From a virus: DNA of 64,000 bases. The notes beneath the pieces were generated by a model. It did not search any database. It was not told the origin of the DNA and worked only from the letters and a program-made list of their open reading frames with translations. Each line of letters starts with the position of its first letter. Positions within the stretch are counted from its first letter, which is position 1. The stretch lies in IMG/VR virus record IMGVR_UViG_3300027708_000019. One strand, 5' to 3'. Both the position numbers and the translations under genes were made by a program. This document shows positions 27,647 through 34,825 of this stretch, in pieces.

Positions 27647-27722
27647 TGGTGCTGCCTAGTAGAATCGAACTACTTTCAATGGTTCTTCAAACCACCGCTA
27701 TGACCACATCAGCTAAAGCAGC
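27647..27722 (-). tRNA. tRNA-Phe(GAA)
   Basis: Loop TTGAAGA, CCA. Confidence 0.92.
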
Positions 27723-27724
27723 AT

Positions 27725-27799
27725 TGGGGTGTCGTATGAGAATTGAACTCATGATGACGGAATCACAATCCGTAGTTTTACCACTAAACTAACAACACC
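27725..27799 (-). tRNA. tRNA-His(GTG)
   Basis: G-1:C73, CCA. Confidence 0.95.
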
Positions 27800-27805
27800 A
27801 TAAGA

Positions 27806-27880
27806 TGGCGGTCTCAAGGGGTAACGATCCCCTTCTTCGACAGTGACAGTGTCGTGTGCGTCCATGAACACTTTGAGACC
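27806..27880 (-). tRNA. tRNA-Asp(GTC)
   Basis: Loop CTGTCAC, G73-CCA; T-loop ATCGTTA. Confidence 0.9.
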
Positions 27881-27883
27881 TGA

Positions 27884-28008
27884 ATAAGTTGGCATTACGA
27901 AGTTTAGCCGTGCATCTTTCGTGCGCACCGAATAGACTGACTGACGTCAGCCCCAAATAACACGCTAGACCCTTTGTCTAGATTGACAGCAACGATAGTT
28001 GCTGTTTA
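27884..28008 (-). ncRNA. Multi-hairpin spacer RNA (unknown)
   Basis: Hairpins ACAGCAAC/GTTGCTGT, CTAGAC/GTCTAG, GGCTGACGTCAGTC, GTGC..GAAA..GCAC. Confidence 0.4.
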
Positions 28009-28093
28009 TGGTGGATGCGGTTGGAGTCGAACCAACAGTGCCAGAGGCGGGAGATTTACAGTCTCCTGGGGTTACCAGTTTTCCTACACATCC
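28009..28093 (-). tRNA. tRNA-Tyr(GTA)
   Basis: Long variable arm, CCA. Confidence 0.95.
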
Positions 28094-28094
28094 A

Positions 28095-28212
28095 TTAGTA
28101 GAATTCTCTGCACTATTTGCCTACGTTCAACAGCTTTACTCGAGTTTACTGTTTATTGCGTAAGTTACATAACGAATGATCAATCCTCTGTGCTTACAGA
28201 GAATTCTACTAA
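28095..28212 (-). ncRNA. Unknown ~118-nt structured ncRNA
   Basis: Perfect 16-bp closing stem TTAGTAGAATTCTCTG/CAGAGAATTCTACTAA exactly filling the Gly-Tyr spacer. Confidence 0.65.
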
Positions 28213-28286
28213 TGGAGCGGAATATCAGAATCGAACTGATGACCGAAGATTGGAAATCTGCTGTTTTACCATTAAACTAATCCCGC
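28213..28286 (-). tRNA. tRNA-Gly(TCC)
   Basis: Loop TTTCCAA, U73-CCA. Confidence 0.92.
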
Positions 28287-28328
28287 AACTATATGGCAAC
28301 CTGAGTGTCTCACGACAAGTCTGCTACC

Positions 28329-28562
28329 ATAGTAAAATACATGAGGATGATCAGCAACAACCATCACCCGATGGCTAACCACGTATTCGTCATACGATTG
28401 GTTGCTTCTCACATTACGTTCCAACTTTCTCCAGCGTGACCACCGTATCCACCTTTCGGCTTCGTTTCCATCTTTCGTGTAATCTAGCGAGAGCCAATCC
28501 GTCGATTGGTTATCCTCTCCTAGATCACCTACTGGTTTTGGTAACCCAATGCATTTTACTAT
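28329..28562 (-). ncRNA. Unknown ~235-nt structured ncRNA
   Basis: Closing stem ATAGTAAAATGCAT/ATGTATTTTACTAT; inner helices CCAATC/GATTGG, ATCTAG/CTAGAT, CGTAT/ATACG, CCATC/GATGG, GAAA loops. Confidence 0.65.
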
Positions 28563-28637
28563 GGTACTCGATGGGGGAATCGAACCCCTCCTTCCTGCCG
28601 TGAAAGAGCAGTGTCCTAACCGATAGACGAATCGAGC
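28562..28637 (-). tRNA. tRNA-Glu(TTC)
   Basis: Loop CTTTCAC, CCA. Confidence 0.95.
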
Positions 28638-28651
28638 ACATGGTGAACAAA

Positions 28652-28683
28652 TTTTTAAAGAACAGTTGGCTGGGCTTTGCCCA
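28652..28683 (-). promoter_or_regulatory. rrn-like boxB hairpin + boxA antitermination signal
   Basis: TGGGC-AAA-GCCCA then TGTTCTTTAAAAA (cf. boxA TGCTCTTTAACA) just before the first tRNA. Confidence 0.65.
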
Positions 28684-28750
28684 TTTAATGTTTCCTGCTC
28701 AGCGTTTTGCTTTTCAGCGTGCTTCGCGTTTTGAAACAACCTCAGAAACA

Positions 28751-28779
28751 ATTATATCTCATTTCTGTTTATTTGTCAA
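28751..28779 (-). promoter_or_regulatory. Sigma70-type promoter of tRNA array (downstream promoter)
   Basis: TTGACA-17-TATAAT. Confidence 0.88.
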
Positions 28780-28800
28780 GCACTATTTCTAGTAGCCTAC

Positions 28801-28837
28801 AAAACAAAAAACCCCAAGGACTTTCATCTCTTGGGGT
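28801..28837 (-). terminator. Intrinsic terminator / attenuator
   Basis: ACCCCAAG-AGAT-GAAA-GTC-CTTGGGGT-TTTTTGTTTT. Confidence 0.88.
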
Positions 28838-28860
28838 ACTTTGGTTTGGAAACTTTTCGT

Positions 28861-28980
28861 TTACCTTACCGTACCCCCACGAATCTCTGGATTGTTATAG
28901 CCAAATGCTGATGTGCGTGTATCTCCAGCCCATGACTTCATGGTCTTATGACTTTGGAGATGTAAACACATTTGTAACAT
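28861..28980 (-). CDS. Putative attenuator leader peptide containing all 20 amino acids (39 aa)
   Basis: MLQMCLHLQSHKTMKSWAGDTRTSAFGYNNPEIRGGTVR*; AAGGA upstream; 3' end GGGGTAC complementary to the terminator 5' arm. Confidence 0.65.
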   Translation of the reverse strand: MLQMCLHLQSHKTMKSWAGDTRTSAFGYNNPEIRGGTVR

Positions 28981-29016
28981 TTGAAATTAAAATCCTTTTC
29001 ATTCATCGAGGTATCA

Positions 29017-29045
29017 ATTATACCTCTTTTATTTATATAAGTCAA
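29017..29045 (-). promoter_or_regulatory. Nested sigma70 and T4-late promoter driving the leader
   Basis: TTGACT-17-TATAAT with TATAAATA (29030-29037) inside the spacer. Confidence 0.85.
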
Positions 29046-29332
29046 GCACTATTTTCAGTTGTTTCGGAAAATATTTTTGACCATGTTTGAAGTTTATTCA
29101 ACTTCTCATTCTTCGCAGTCATAACAGCAGCTTCGCTAACGATACCGCTGTCAATCAGCAAGTCAATCATACACATTAAATCACCAACTTCTTCTTCAAG
29201 ATGTTGTCGATTGCTCAATCCTTTGAAGAAATCGTCAGCACCAAACCGAAACACTTTACTAATCGCCTGAGTTACCTCGGCACATTCTTCCTGCGTAATC
29301 AGCAGGATTTCTTTTTGTACTTCATTCATCAC
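29042..29332 (-). CDS. MazG-like nucleotide pyrophosphohydrolase
   Basis: EECAEV...LEEEVGDL. Confidence 0.8.
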   Translation of the reverse strand: MMNEVQKEILLITQEECAEVTQAISKVFRFGADDFFKGLSNRQHLEEEVGDLMCMIDLLIDSGIVSEAAVMTAKNEKLNKLQTWSKIFSETTENSA

Positions 29333-29463
29333 TTCAATTCCTTTTCCTCAATATACCATTCTTGCAAATCGTAGTATTTCGCAGCTTTTTCTGCTTCTTC
29401 TCTACTACGATATACTGCTAGGTTATCGCCTTCGTCAATCAGAATGTAAACATATGTCTTCAT
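29329..29463 (-). CDS. Small hypothetical protein (44 aa)
   Basis: MKTYVYILIDEGDNLAVYRSREEAEK...; GGAG RBS. Confidence 0.65.
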   Translation of the reverse strand: MKTYVYILIDEGDNLAVYRSREEAEKAAKYYDLQEWYIEEKELK

Positions 29464-29494
29464 ACGCTTAACTCCCCAATCTTTTTCTGATTCA

Positions 29495-29752
29495 TTATGC
29501 GTACTCATAAAATTTAACAGTCGGATCCAACTTCTGAAGTTGTTGGGCTACAGTTGTCAACTCGCGATACTTCGCTTGAACCACACTGCGTGGCAACTCA
29601 CCATCACAAGTCAAATTCTCAGGACTCAAGTCAGCATGAATTTTATCTGCCAAACTTTGACGATCGGCATGACTATCGAGACTGTATTGTTTACCTTTGA
29701 AAATCGAATTCCACTGGTTTGTCTTGGCAACATAAGCATTTAACTGTTTCAT
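29495..29752 (-). CDS. Hypothetical early protein
   Basis: DLSPENLTCDGEL motif; AAGGA RBS; downstream of promoter. Confidence 0.75.
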   Translation of the reverse strand: MKQLNAYVAKTNQWNSIFKGKQYSLDSHADRQSLADKIHADLSPENLTCDGELPRSVVQAKYRELTTVAQQLQKLDPTVKFYEYA

Positions 29753-29782
29753 TTCAAGTTCCTTTTTGATCATCATAAGATA

Positions 29783-29811
29783 ATTATACGTCTAAACCGA
29801 ATTTATGTCAA
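29783..29811 (-). promoter_or_regulatory. Sigma70-type promoter
   Basis: TTGACA-17-TATAAT. Confidence 0.88.
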
Positions 29812-29922
29812 GCACTTTCTTTAATAACCTTACAGTCTGTAGGGGTATCTGTAAGTCCTTGAAAGTAAACGATTTGTTTTAGGACTGTAACTCTTAGGTC
29901 TAACTAGAAACCCAACACCGCT

Positions 29923-29951
29923 ATTATACACCGACTGTTAATTAATGTCAA
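29923..29951 (-). promoter_or_regulatory. Sigma70-type promoter (tandem, upstream of non-coding segment)
   Basis: TTGACA-17-TATAAT. Confidence 0.85.
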
Positions 29952-30013
29952 ATGCTTTTCCGAACCCCCCAAAGGGATAAATATAATTCGAATCCCATAA
30001 AAACAATAAAAAA

Positions 30014-30796
30014 ATGGATCCCTTAACACTCTTTGCGCTTGCGAATGGGGCAGTCTCGGCTGTCAAGGCAGGATGTAAACTATACAAAGACATAAAGGGT
30101 GCTGCTGGTGAAGTCAAAGATGTTCTAAAAGATTTAGATAACCAGTTCAATAAACTTCATCCACCAGAAAAACCTGCTACTGTTGCACAGAAAAATGCTT
30201 ATATACAGGAAAAGAATCGTGTAATCGAGTTAAACAAAAAAGCCAATGCTAATGATCACACTGGTGTGTATACTGAGATCGGCGAACATCTAGGTACATA
30301 CTACGATAACTATTACAAATGTATTGCTATTTTTGATGAAGAAGAAAAGAAGAGTAAGAATGAAATTTATACAGGCGACGCCAGTTTAGGTAAACGTGCT
30401 TTACAACGTGTCTTGATGCGCAAACAATTAGAACAGATGGGCACTGAATTGCGTGAGATTATGGTATATCAAAGCCCACCTGAACTTGGTGCACTTTATA
30501 CTGAAGTTGAAGAGATGATGGGAGTTATGGGCAAACAGCAGAAGAGTCTTATCATCCAACAAATGAAGAGGCATGCAATTGAAGAAAAGCGCAGAGCTGC
30601 AAGAAGAAGACAACTTAATGAGCAATGTTTATGGGGAATTGGTGTTATGGTTTGTATTTTCTTTTTTTTCTTTATAATGATGTTAGTAGCAAAATCTCGC
30701 CAAGAAATGTATCCACAATATGGTAATGAGTTATTCCCAAAGACAGAGGAACAACGAAGAAGAGAAGCATTGCCACAGGTATATGTAGGCAGATAA
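30014..30796 (+). CDS. Hypothetical coiled-coil membrane protein
   Basis: Long ORF, C-terminal TM segment. Confidence 0.75.
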   Translation: MDPLTLFALANGAVSAVKAGCKLYKDIKGAAGEVKDVLKDLDNQFNKLHPPEKPATVAQKNAYIQEKNRVIELNKKANANDHTGVYTEIGEHLGTYYDNYYKCIAIFDEEEKKSKNEIYTGDASLGKRALQRVLMRKQLEQMGTELREIMVYQSPPELGALYTEVEEMMGVMGKQQKSLIIQQMKRHAIEEKRRAARRRQLNEQCLWGIGVMVCIFFFFFIMMLVAKSRQEMYPQYGNELFPKTEEQRRREALPQVYVGR

Positions 30797-30846
30797 CTAA
30801 ATAAAAGAGCGGTAAGTCTAATAATAAAAATAAAAGGAAGACTAAA

Positions 30847-31191
30847 ATGGCAGAAGAAAACAAACAGAACGACAAAGGTGCATTCATCGAGAAGTTGCTA
30901 TTTGCACTATTACCATTACTAATCGGTTCTACTGGTTATCTGATTAGTGCATTGGGTTCATTACAACATGATGTAACGATTTTAAATCAGAAAGTAAGTT
31001 TGGTTGTTACCACAGATAACAAACAAGCATCTAACACTGGTGCTGAATTGGCTCGTGAGAAACTACGTCAAGATCTTGAAAAAGAAATCCAAAAGAATCG
31101 TGATAGTATCATGGAGAATAGAACTCACATTGCTATCATTGAAGATAGACAAGGAATCAAAAATAAGATTGGTCCAGTAAAATCTGATTAA
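30847..31191 (+). CDS. Hypothetical membrane-anchored coiled-coil protein
   Basis: N-terminal TM; RBS. Confidence 0.75.
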   Translation: MAEENKQNDKGAFIEKLLFALLPLLIGSTGYLISALGSLQHDVTILNQKVSLVVTTDNKQASNTGAELAREKLRQDLEKEIQKNRDSIMENRTHIAIIEDRQGIKNKIGPVKSD

Positions 31192-31201
31192 GGAAATTAA
31201 A

Positions 31202-31726
31202 ATGGCAGAAGTAAAACAATTATCACGCAGCGAACGTGAAGCATTAATTAAAGACAAGGCTGGTTGGGTAATTGTTGTATTTGCAGCATTACTTGCGATT
31301 AATACATATATGGCTGGTGGTAACAGTAGTAAAGTATTAAACAACACAATTGATGCAAATAATACTTGGGCATTTTATCAAGCAAAATCAATCAAGCAGA
31401 CTCTCGCAGAAATGAGATTAGAAGATGCTAAGGATCCTAAGAAAATTAGAGAGTTAGCAGCTAAGATTGAACGCTACGAATCTGATCCAAAAACTGGAGA
31501 AGGTAAAAAAGAATTGATGGCAAAAGCACGCCACCTCGAAGATGAGAGAGCAGTTGCTAAGTCACGTTCACCATGGTATACATACGCAGGAAGTTTGTTT
31601 CAAATTGCGATTGTATTACTAACAGCATCTATTCTTTCAGTCAAGAATAGTTTGTTTAATGCAAGTGTAGGAGTAGGCATAATTGCAGCGATATTGATGT
31701 CGCAAGCATTGTGGTTATGGATTTAA
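31202..31726 (+). CDS. DUF4337-like membrane protein
   Basis: WAFYQAKSIKQ...LFQIAIVL..ASIL. Confidence 0.7.
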   Translation: MAEVKQLSRSEREALIKDKAGWVIVVFAALLAINTYMAGGNSSKVLNNTIDANNTWAFYQAKSIKQTLAEMRLEDAKDPKKIRELAAKIERYESDPKTGEGKKELMAKARHLEDERAVAKSRSPWYTYAGSLFQIAIVLLTASILSVKNSLFNASVGVGIIAAILMSQALWLWI

Positions 31727-31744
31727 TTTTTTAAAAGGAATGAT

Positions 31745-32602
31745 ATGGATATCGAAATGAAAATCAGAAACGCGAAATATATTTGTTTGTTTATGTTAGC
31801 AGTAATAGTTGGTAGTTATGCTTTCCACGCAATGGCTTGGACTCAGCGTCAACCATTACCAGTAGCAGAATGTAAAGTACATGCACCTTACGGTTTCCCA
31901 CAAACAGGTGGTGCTACTCCAATTTGTCGTCAAGCATATTTGGTTGGTTATGATGCTGTTGCAAAATTACCAAAATTTGTAACATATGAGTTGGCTCCAA
32001 AAAATGCACTTGGTTGCGTTGCTCGTACTAATGCTTTTGCTGCTGACCAATCTGTTCAAGGTGGTGCAGTTCCAGGTGATTATGTTGCTACAAATTATGA
32101 CAAAGGACATATGGCTCCAGATGGAGATTTGTCTTGGGATCCGCAAGTAGAGTATGAATCTTTTTTGATGACCAATATGTCACCCCAAGCTGGCTCTTTG
32201 AATCGTGGCATATGGAAACTGTTAGAGACCTCTGTAAGAGGATGGTCCGTTCAAAGAAACCAATCGTATACGATTTATGTTGGAGGCATCTATGGTGCGA
32301 CTGACAGAAAAATTGGTAATGGTGTTATCGTTCCTCATGGGTTTTATAAAATTGTAATTAACAATCAAACCAATGAAGTTGCTGGTTGGTCATTCCCTCA
32401 TGTACCACCATACCCAAATTTGGGTAACGACTTACGTCCTTTCCGCAAACCAATCGCTGATATTCAGAAAGAAGCTGGTGTTAAATACGCATTCCCAGCT
32501 GGCGCAATCGAACTTGCTCCAGGAAAAGAATGGCCAGTTGATTTTGGTGCACTAACAAAAGCAAAACGTGCTAAGTGTGGTGCAGGAGCAAACGATGACT
32601 AA
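31745..32602 (+). CDS. Exported DNA/RNA non-specific endonuclease
   Basis: Signal peptide; YDKGHMAP...FLMTNMSPQ...LNRGIW. Confidence 0.93.
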   Translation: MDIEMKIRNAKYICLFMLAVIVGSYAFHAMAWTQRQPLPVAECKVHAPYGFPQTGGATPICRQAYLVGYDAVAKLPKFVTYELAPKNALGCVARTNAFAADQSVQGGAVPGDYVATNYDKGHMAPDGDLSWDPQVEYESFLMTNMSPQAGSLNRGIWKLLETSVRGWSVQRNQSYTIYVGGIYGATDRKIGNGVIVPHGFYKIVINNQTNEVAGWSFPHVPPYPNLGNDLRPFRKPIADIQKEAGVKYAFPAGAIELAPGKEWPVDFGALTKAKRAKCGAGANDD

Positions 32603-32945
32603 AATTATCACAGCTTTAGTTGTACTTCAGATTGCTGCTTGTTCAGTAATCTTACCAATACCACATGATCCAGTTATGTTTGGATATTTGGTTGATACAA
32701 AAATTGCTGTAGATAGATTAAGTTGTGATGAGAAAACATGGGCATGGGAAACTGCCCAATCTCAAATCGAGAGATTAAAAGTTTATTCAACTCTAAGGCA
32801 TGACCCACAAGCAGAAGCAGCAGTAAAACTTGAAAATGCTATTAAGAAAGCAAAAGATTCAAATAATAAAACATTCTGCGAATCAATTCTTAAACTTAAT
32901 AAAACACGTATCGACGTAATTGTTGATGCATGGAAGGGAAGATAA
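32595..32945 (+). CDS. Putative lipoprotein
   Basis: MTKIITALVVLQIAAC lipobox. Confidence 0.7.
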   Translation: MTKIITALVVLQIAACSVILPIPHDPVMFGYLVDTKIAVDRLSCDEKTWAWETAQSQIERLKVYSTLRHDPQAEAAVKLENAIKKAKDSNNKTFCESILKLNKTRIDVIVDAWKGR

Positions 32946-32946
32946 A

Positions 32947-33180
32947 ATGTTAGAGCAATTAAGAGAAACAGCTGGACTTGGTGGTCCAGCTGCAGGATTA
33001 GCAAATGAGTTATTGGTTCTTCAAGATCAATTTACTTCTGGTCAACTTACTAGAGAAGAGTTTGAATTTTTGGTTTCAGAAATTGCAAATATTCGTGCTC
33101 AGCAAGAGTTAGCATCTGATGAAATGGCTTGTCGTTTCATTATAGAATCAGCAAAGAATATACTGTCGATGGTAGCGTAG
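32947..33180 (+). CDS. Hypothetical protein
   Basis: ORF in operon. Confidence 0.7.
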   Translation: MLEQLRETAGLGGPAAGLANELLVLQDQFTSGQLTREEFEFLVSEIANIRAQQELASDEMACRFIIESAKNILSMVA

Positions 33181-33181
33181 A

Positions 33182-33937
33182 ATGAAAAAATATCGCTCAA
33201 TTTTTATTAGCGATGTTCATTTAGGTACTCGTGATTGTCAAGCTGACAAACTGAATAATTTTTTAAAGCACAACTCCTGCGATACTTTATATCTCGTAGG
33301 AGATATTATTGATGCTTGGAAAATACAACAAAATAAATGGCGATGGAAACAATCACACTCGAACGTCGTACGTAGAATTCTTGGTCACGCCAAACGTGGA
33401 ACAAGAGTAGTTTATGTAGCAGGTAATCATGATGAATTCCTAAGACCTATGATTCCGTATGGTTTCAGCTTCGGTCTAATTGAAATAAAAAATCAAACAG
33501 AACATATTGGTGCGGATGGTAAGCACTATCTAATCACACATGGAGATTTGTTTGATGGTATCACAAGACTTGCTCCATGGCTTGCATTTCTTGGTGATAA
33601 ATTATATGACTTGGTTCTTGATTGGAATTCAAGTTTTAATTGGATTCGTCACAAATTTGGATTTGGGTATTGGTCACTATCAAAATACTTGAAACATAAA
33701 GTTAAGAAGGCATCTGATTTTATGTTTCAATTTGAACGTAATCTAGCAGGTTATTGTAAGAAACGTGGCTTCGATGGTGTGATTTGCGGACATATTCACC
33801 ACGCTGAAATAAAAGAGATAGATGGTGTTATATACATGAATGACGGAGATTGGGTTGAGTCATGTACTGCTCTGGTTGAGCATTATGATGGCAAGTGGGA
33901 AATAATTACATGGACTAAGGAGAATGACAATCCATGA
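33182..33937 (+). CDS. LpxH/PlcP-family metallophosphoesterase (PlcP-like phospholipase C)
   Basis: YRSIFISDVHLG, LVGDIID.W, GNHDEFLR, HGDLFD, CGHIH, N.GDWVESCTALVE. Confidence 0.85.
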   Translation: MKKYRSIFISDVHLGTRDCQADKLNNFLKHNSCDTLYLVGDIIDAWKIQQNKWRWKQSHSNVVRRILGHAKRGTRVVYVAGNHDEFLRPMIPYGFSFGLIEIKNQTEHIGADGKHYLITHGDLFDGITRLAPWLAFLGDKLYDLVLDWNSSFNWIRHKFGFGYWSLSKYLKHKVKKASDFMFQFERNLAGYCKKRGFDGVICGHIHHAEIKEIDGVIYMNDGDWVESCTALVEHYDGKWEIITWTKENDNP

Positions 33938-34674
33938 TAGAAGATAAAGTAACAATTGTAGTTCCTTGTAAAAATGAAGAGAACTACATTCCTCATCTAT
34001 TGTTGCACTTGCGCCAGCAAGAAGGTATTGGTAATACAAGAATCATTATCGCAGACTGTTCTACAGATAATACACGAGAAGTCATTCAAGTTATGAGAGG
34101 TAACTTGAATGTGGAAATTATTGATGGTGGTCCAGTTTCTATTGCTAAAAACAATGGAGCAAAGTTAGCTACTACTCCATATGTTTTATTCATTGATGCA
34201 GATGTGCGATTCTTCAGTGATACAGTTATCCGTGATACTGTAGAAGAATTAGAAAAAAGAAATTTGGATCTTATTGGTTTGCGTATTAAATGCTATGATA
34301 AAGATAAAAGAACGCAGATTGGATTTATGCTGTTCAACGCAATCAATATTGTTATGAGTAAGAAAGTGCCATTCGCTGTAGGTGCATATGCTCTTACACG
34401 AAAAGATAAATTTTACGAGTATGGTGGTTTCGCTGAAAAGTATGGAACGAGCGAAGACTTTTTCTTGTCTAAGCAGTACGATCCTAAAAAATTCAAATTA
34501 GTAAAGCACTACTTCGGACAAGACAGTCGAAGATTCAAGCGAATGGGTTACACTGGTATGGCAATGTATCTTGTCAAGAATTTCTTAAATCGAAATAATG
34601 AAAGATACTGGAATAACTTAGATTATTCTAAGTACTGGGATACTACCAAGACCCATCGTCAATCACAACACTAA
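33934..34674 (+). CDS. Glycosyltransferase family 2
   Basis: IVVPCKNEE, D..STDNT, FIDAD, ED motif. Confidence 0.92.
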   Translation: MIEDKVTIVVPCKNEENYIPHLLLHLRQQEGIGNTRIIIADCSTDNTREVIQVMRGNLNVEIIDGGPVSIAKNNGAKLATTPYVLFIDADVRFFSDTVIRDTVEELEKRNLDLIGLRIKCYDKDKRTQIGFMLFNAINIVMSKKVPFAVGAYALTRKDKFYEYGGFAEKYGTSEDFFLSKQYDPKKFKLVKHYFGQDSRRFKRMGYTGMAMYLVKNFLNRNNERYWNNLDYSKYWDTTKTHRQSQH

Positions 34675-34825
34675 TCCCAACAAACAATAGTGTCAATTTA
34701 CAGAACCATGATTTTGGTCCCATAATTTCATCACGACCACTTGCCCACCCCAATCTCCAGTGGAAGGGGTTAACTACTATCGTGATGAAAACACCTGAAT
34801 ATTGAATCCATTTTGCTATTTTCAT
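34643..34825 (-). CDS. Small hypothetical protein
   Basis: Coupled to clpP stop. Confidence 0.6.
   Translation of the reverse strand: MKIAKWIQYSGVFITIVVNPFHWRLGWASGRDEIMGPKSWFCKLTLLFVGISVVIDDGSW

Noticed and set aside
21378-28378. Plus-strand ORFs across the tRNA region (21378, 21811, 26791, 27108, 27974)
   Set aside because: Antisense to tRNAs or genes, with no RBS and no recognisable motifs.
27098-28562. RNase P RNA or group I intron identity for the large spacer RNAs
   Set aside because: The conserved GAGGAAAGTCC core and group I P7 elements were not found by eye; the flanking tRNAs are complete.
18999-28637. Stop-codon reassignment / suppressor tRNA
   Set aside because: No CTA, TTA or TCA anticodons; core genes read through intact in the standard code and TAG/TGA serve as stops.
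28272-28751. 159-aa minus-strand ORF in the track
   Set aside because: It runs through tRNA-Glu, the structured RNAs and boxA, with atypical composition; better explained as RNA genes.
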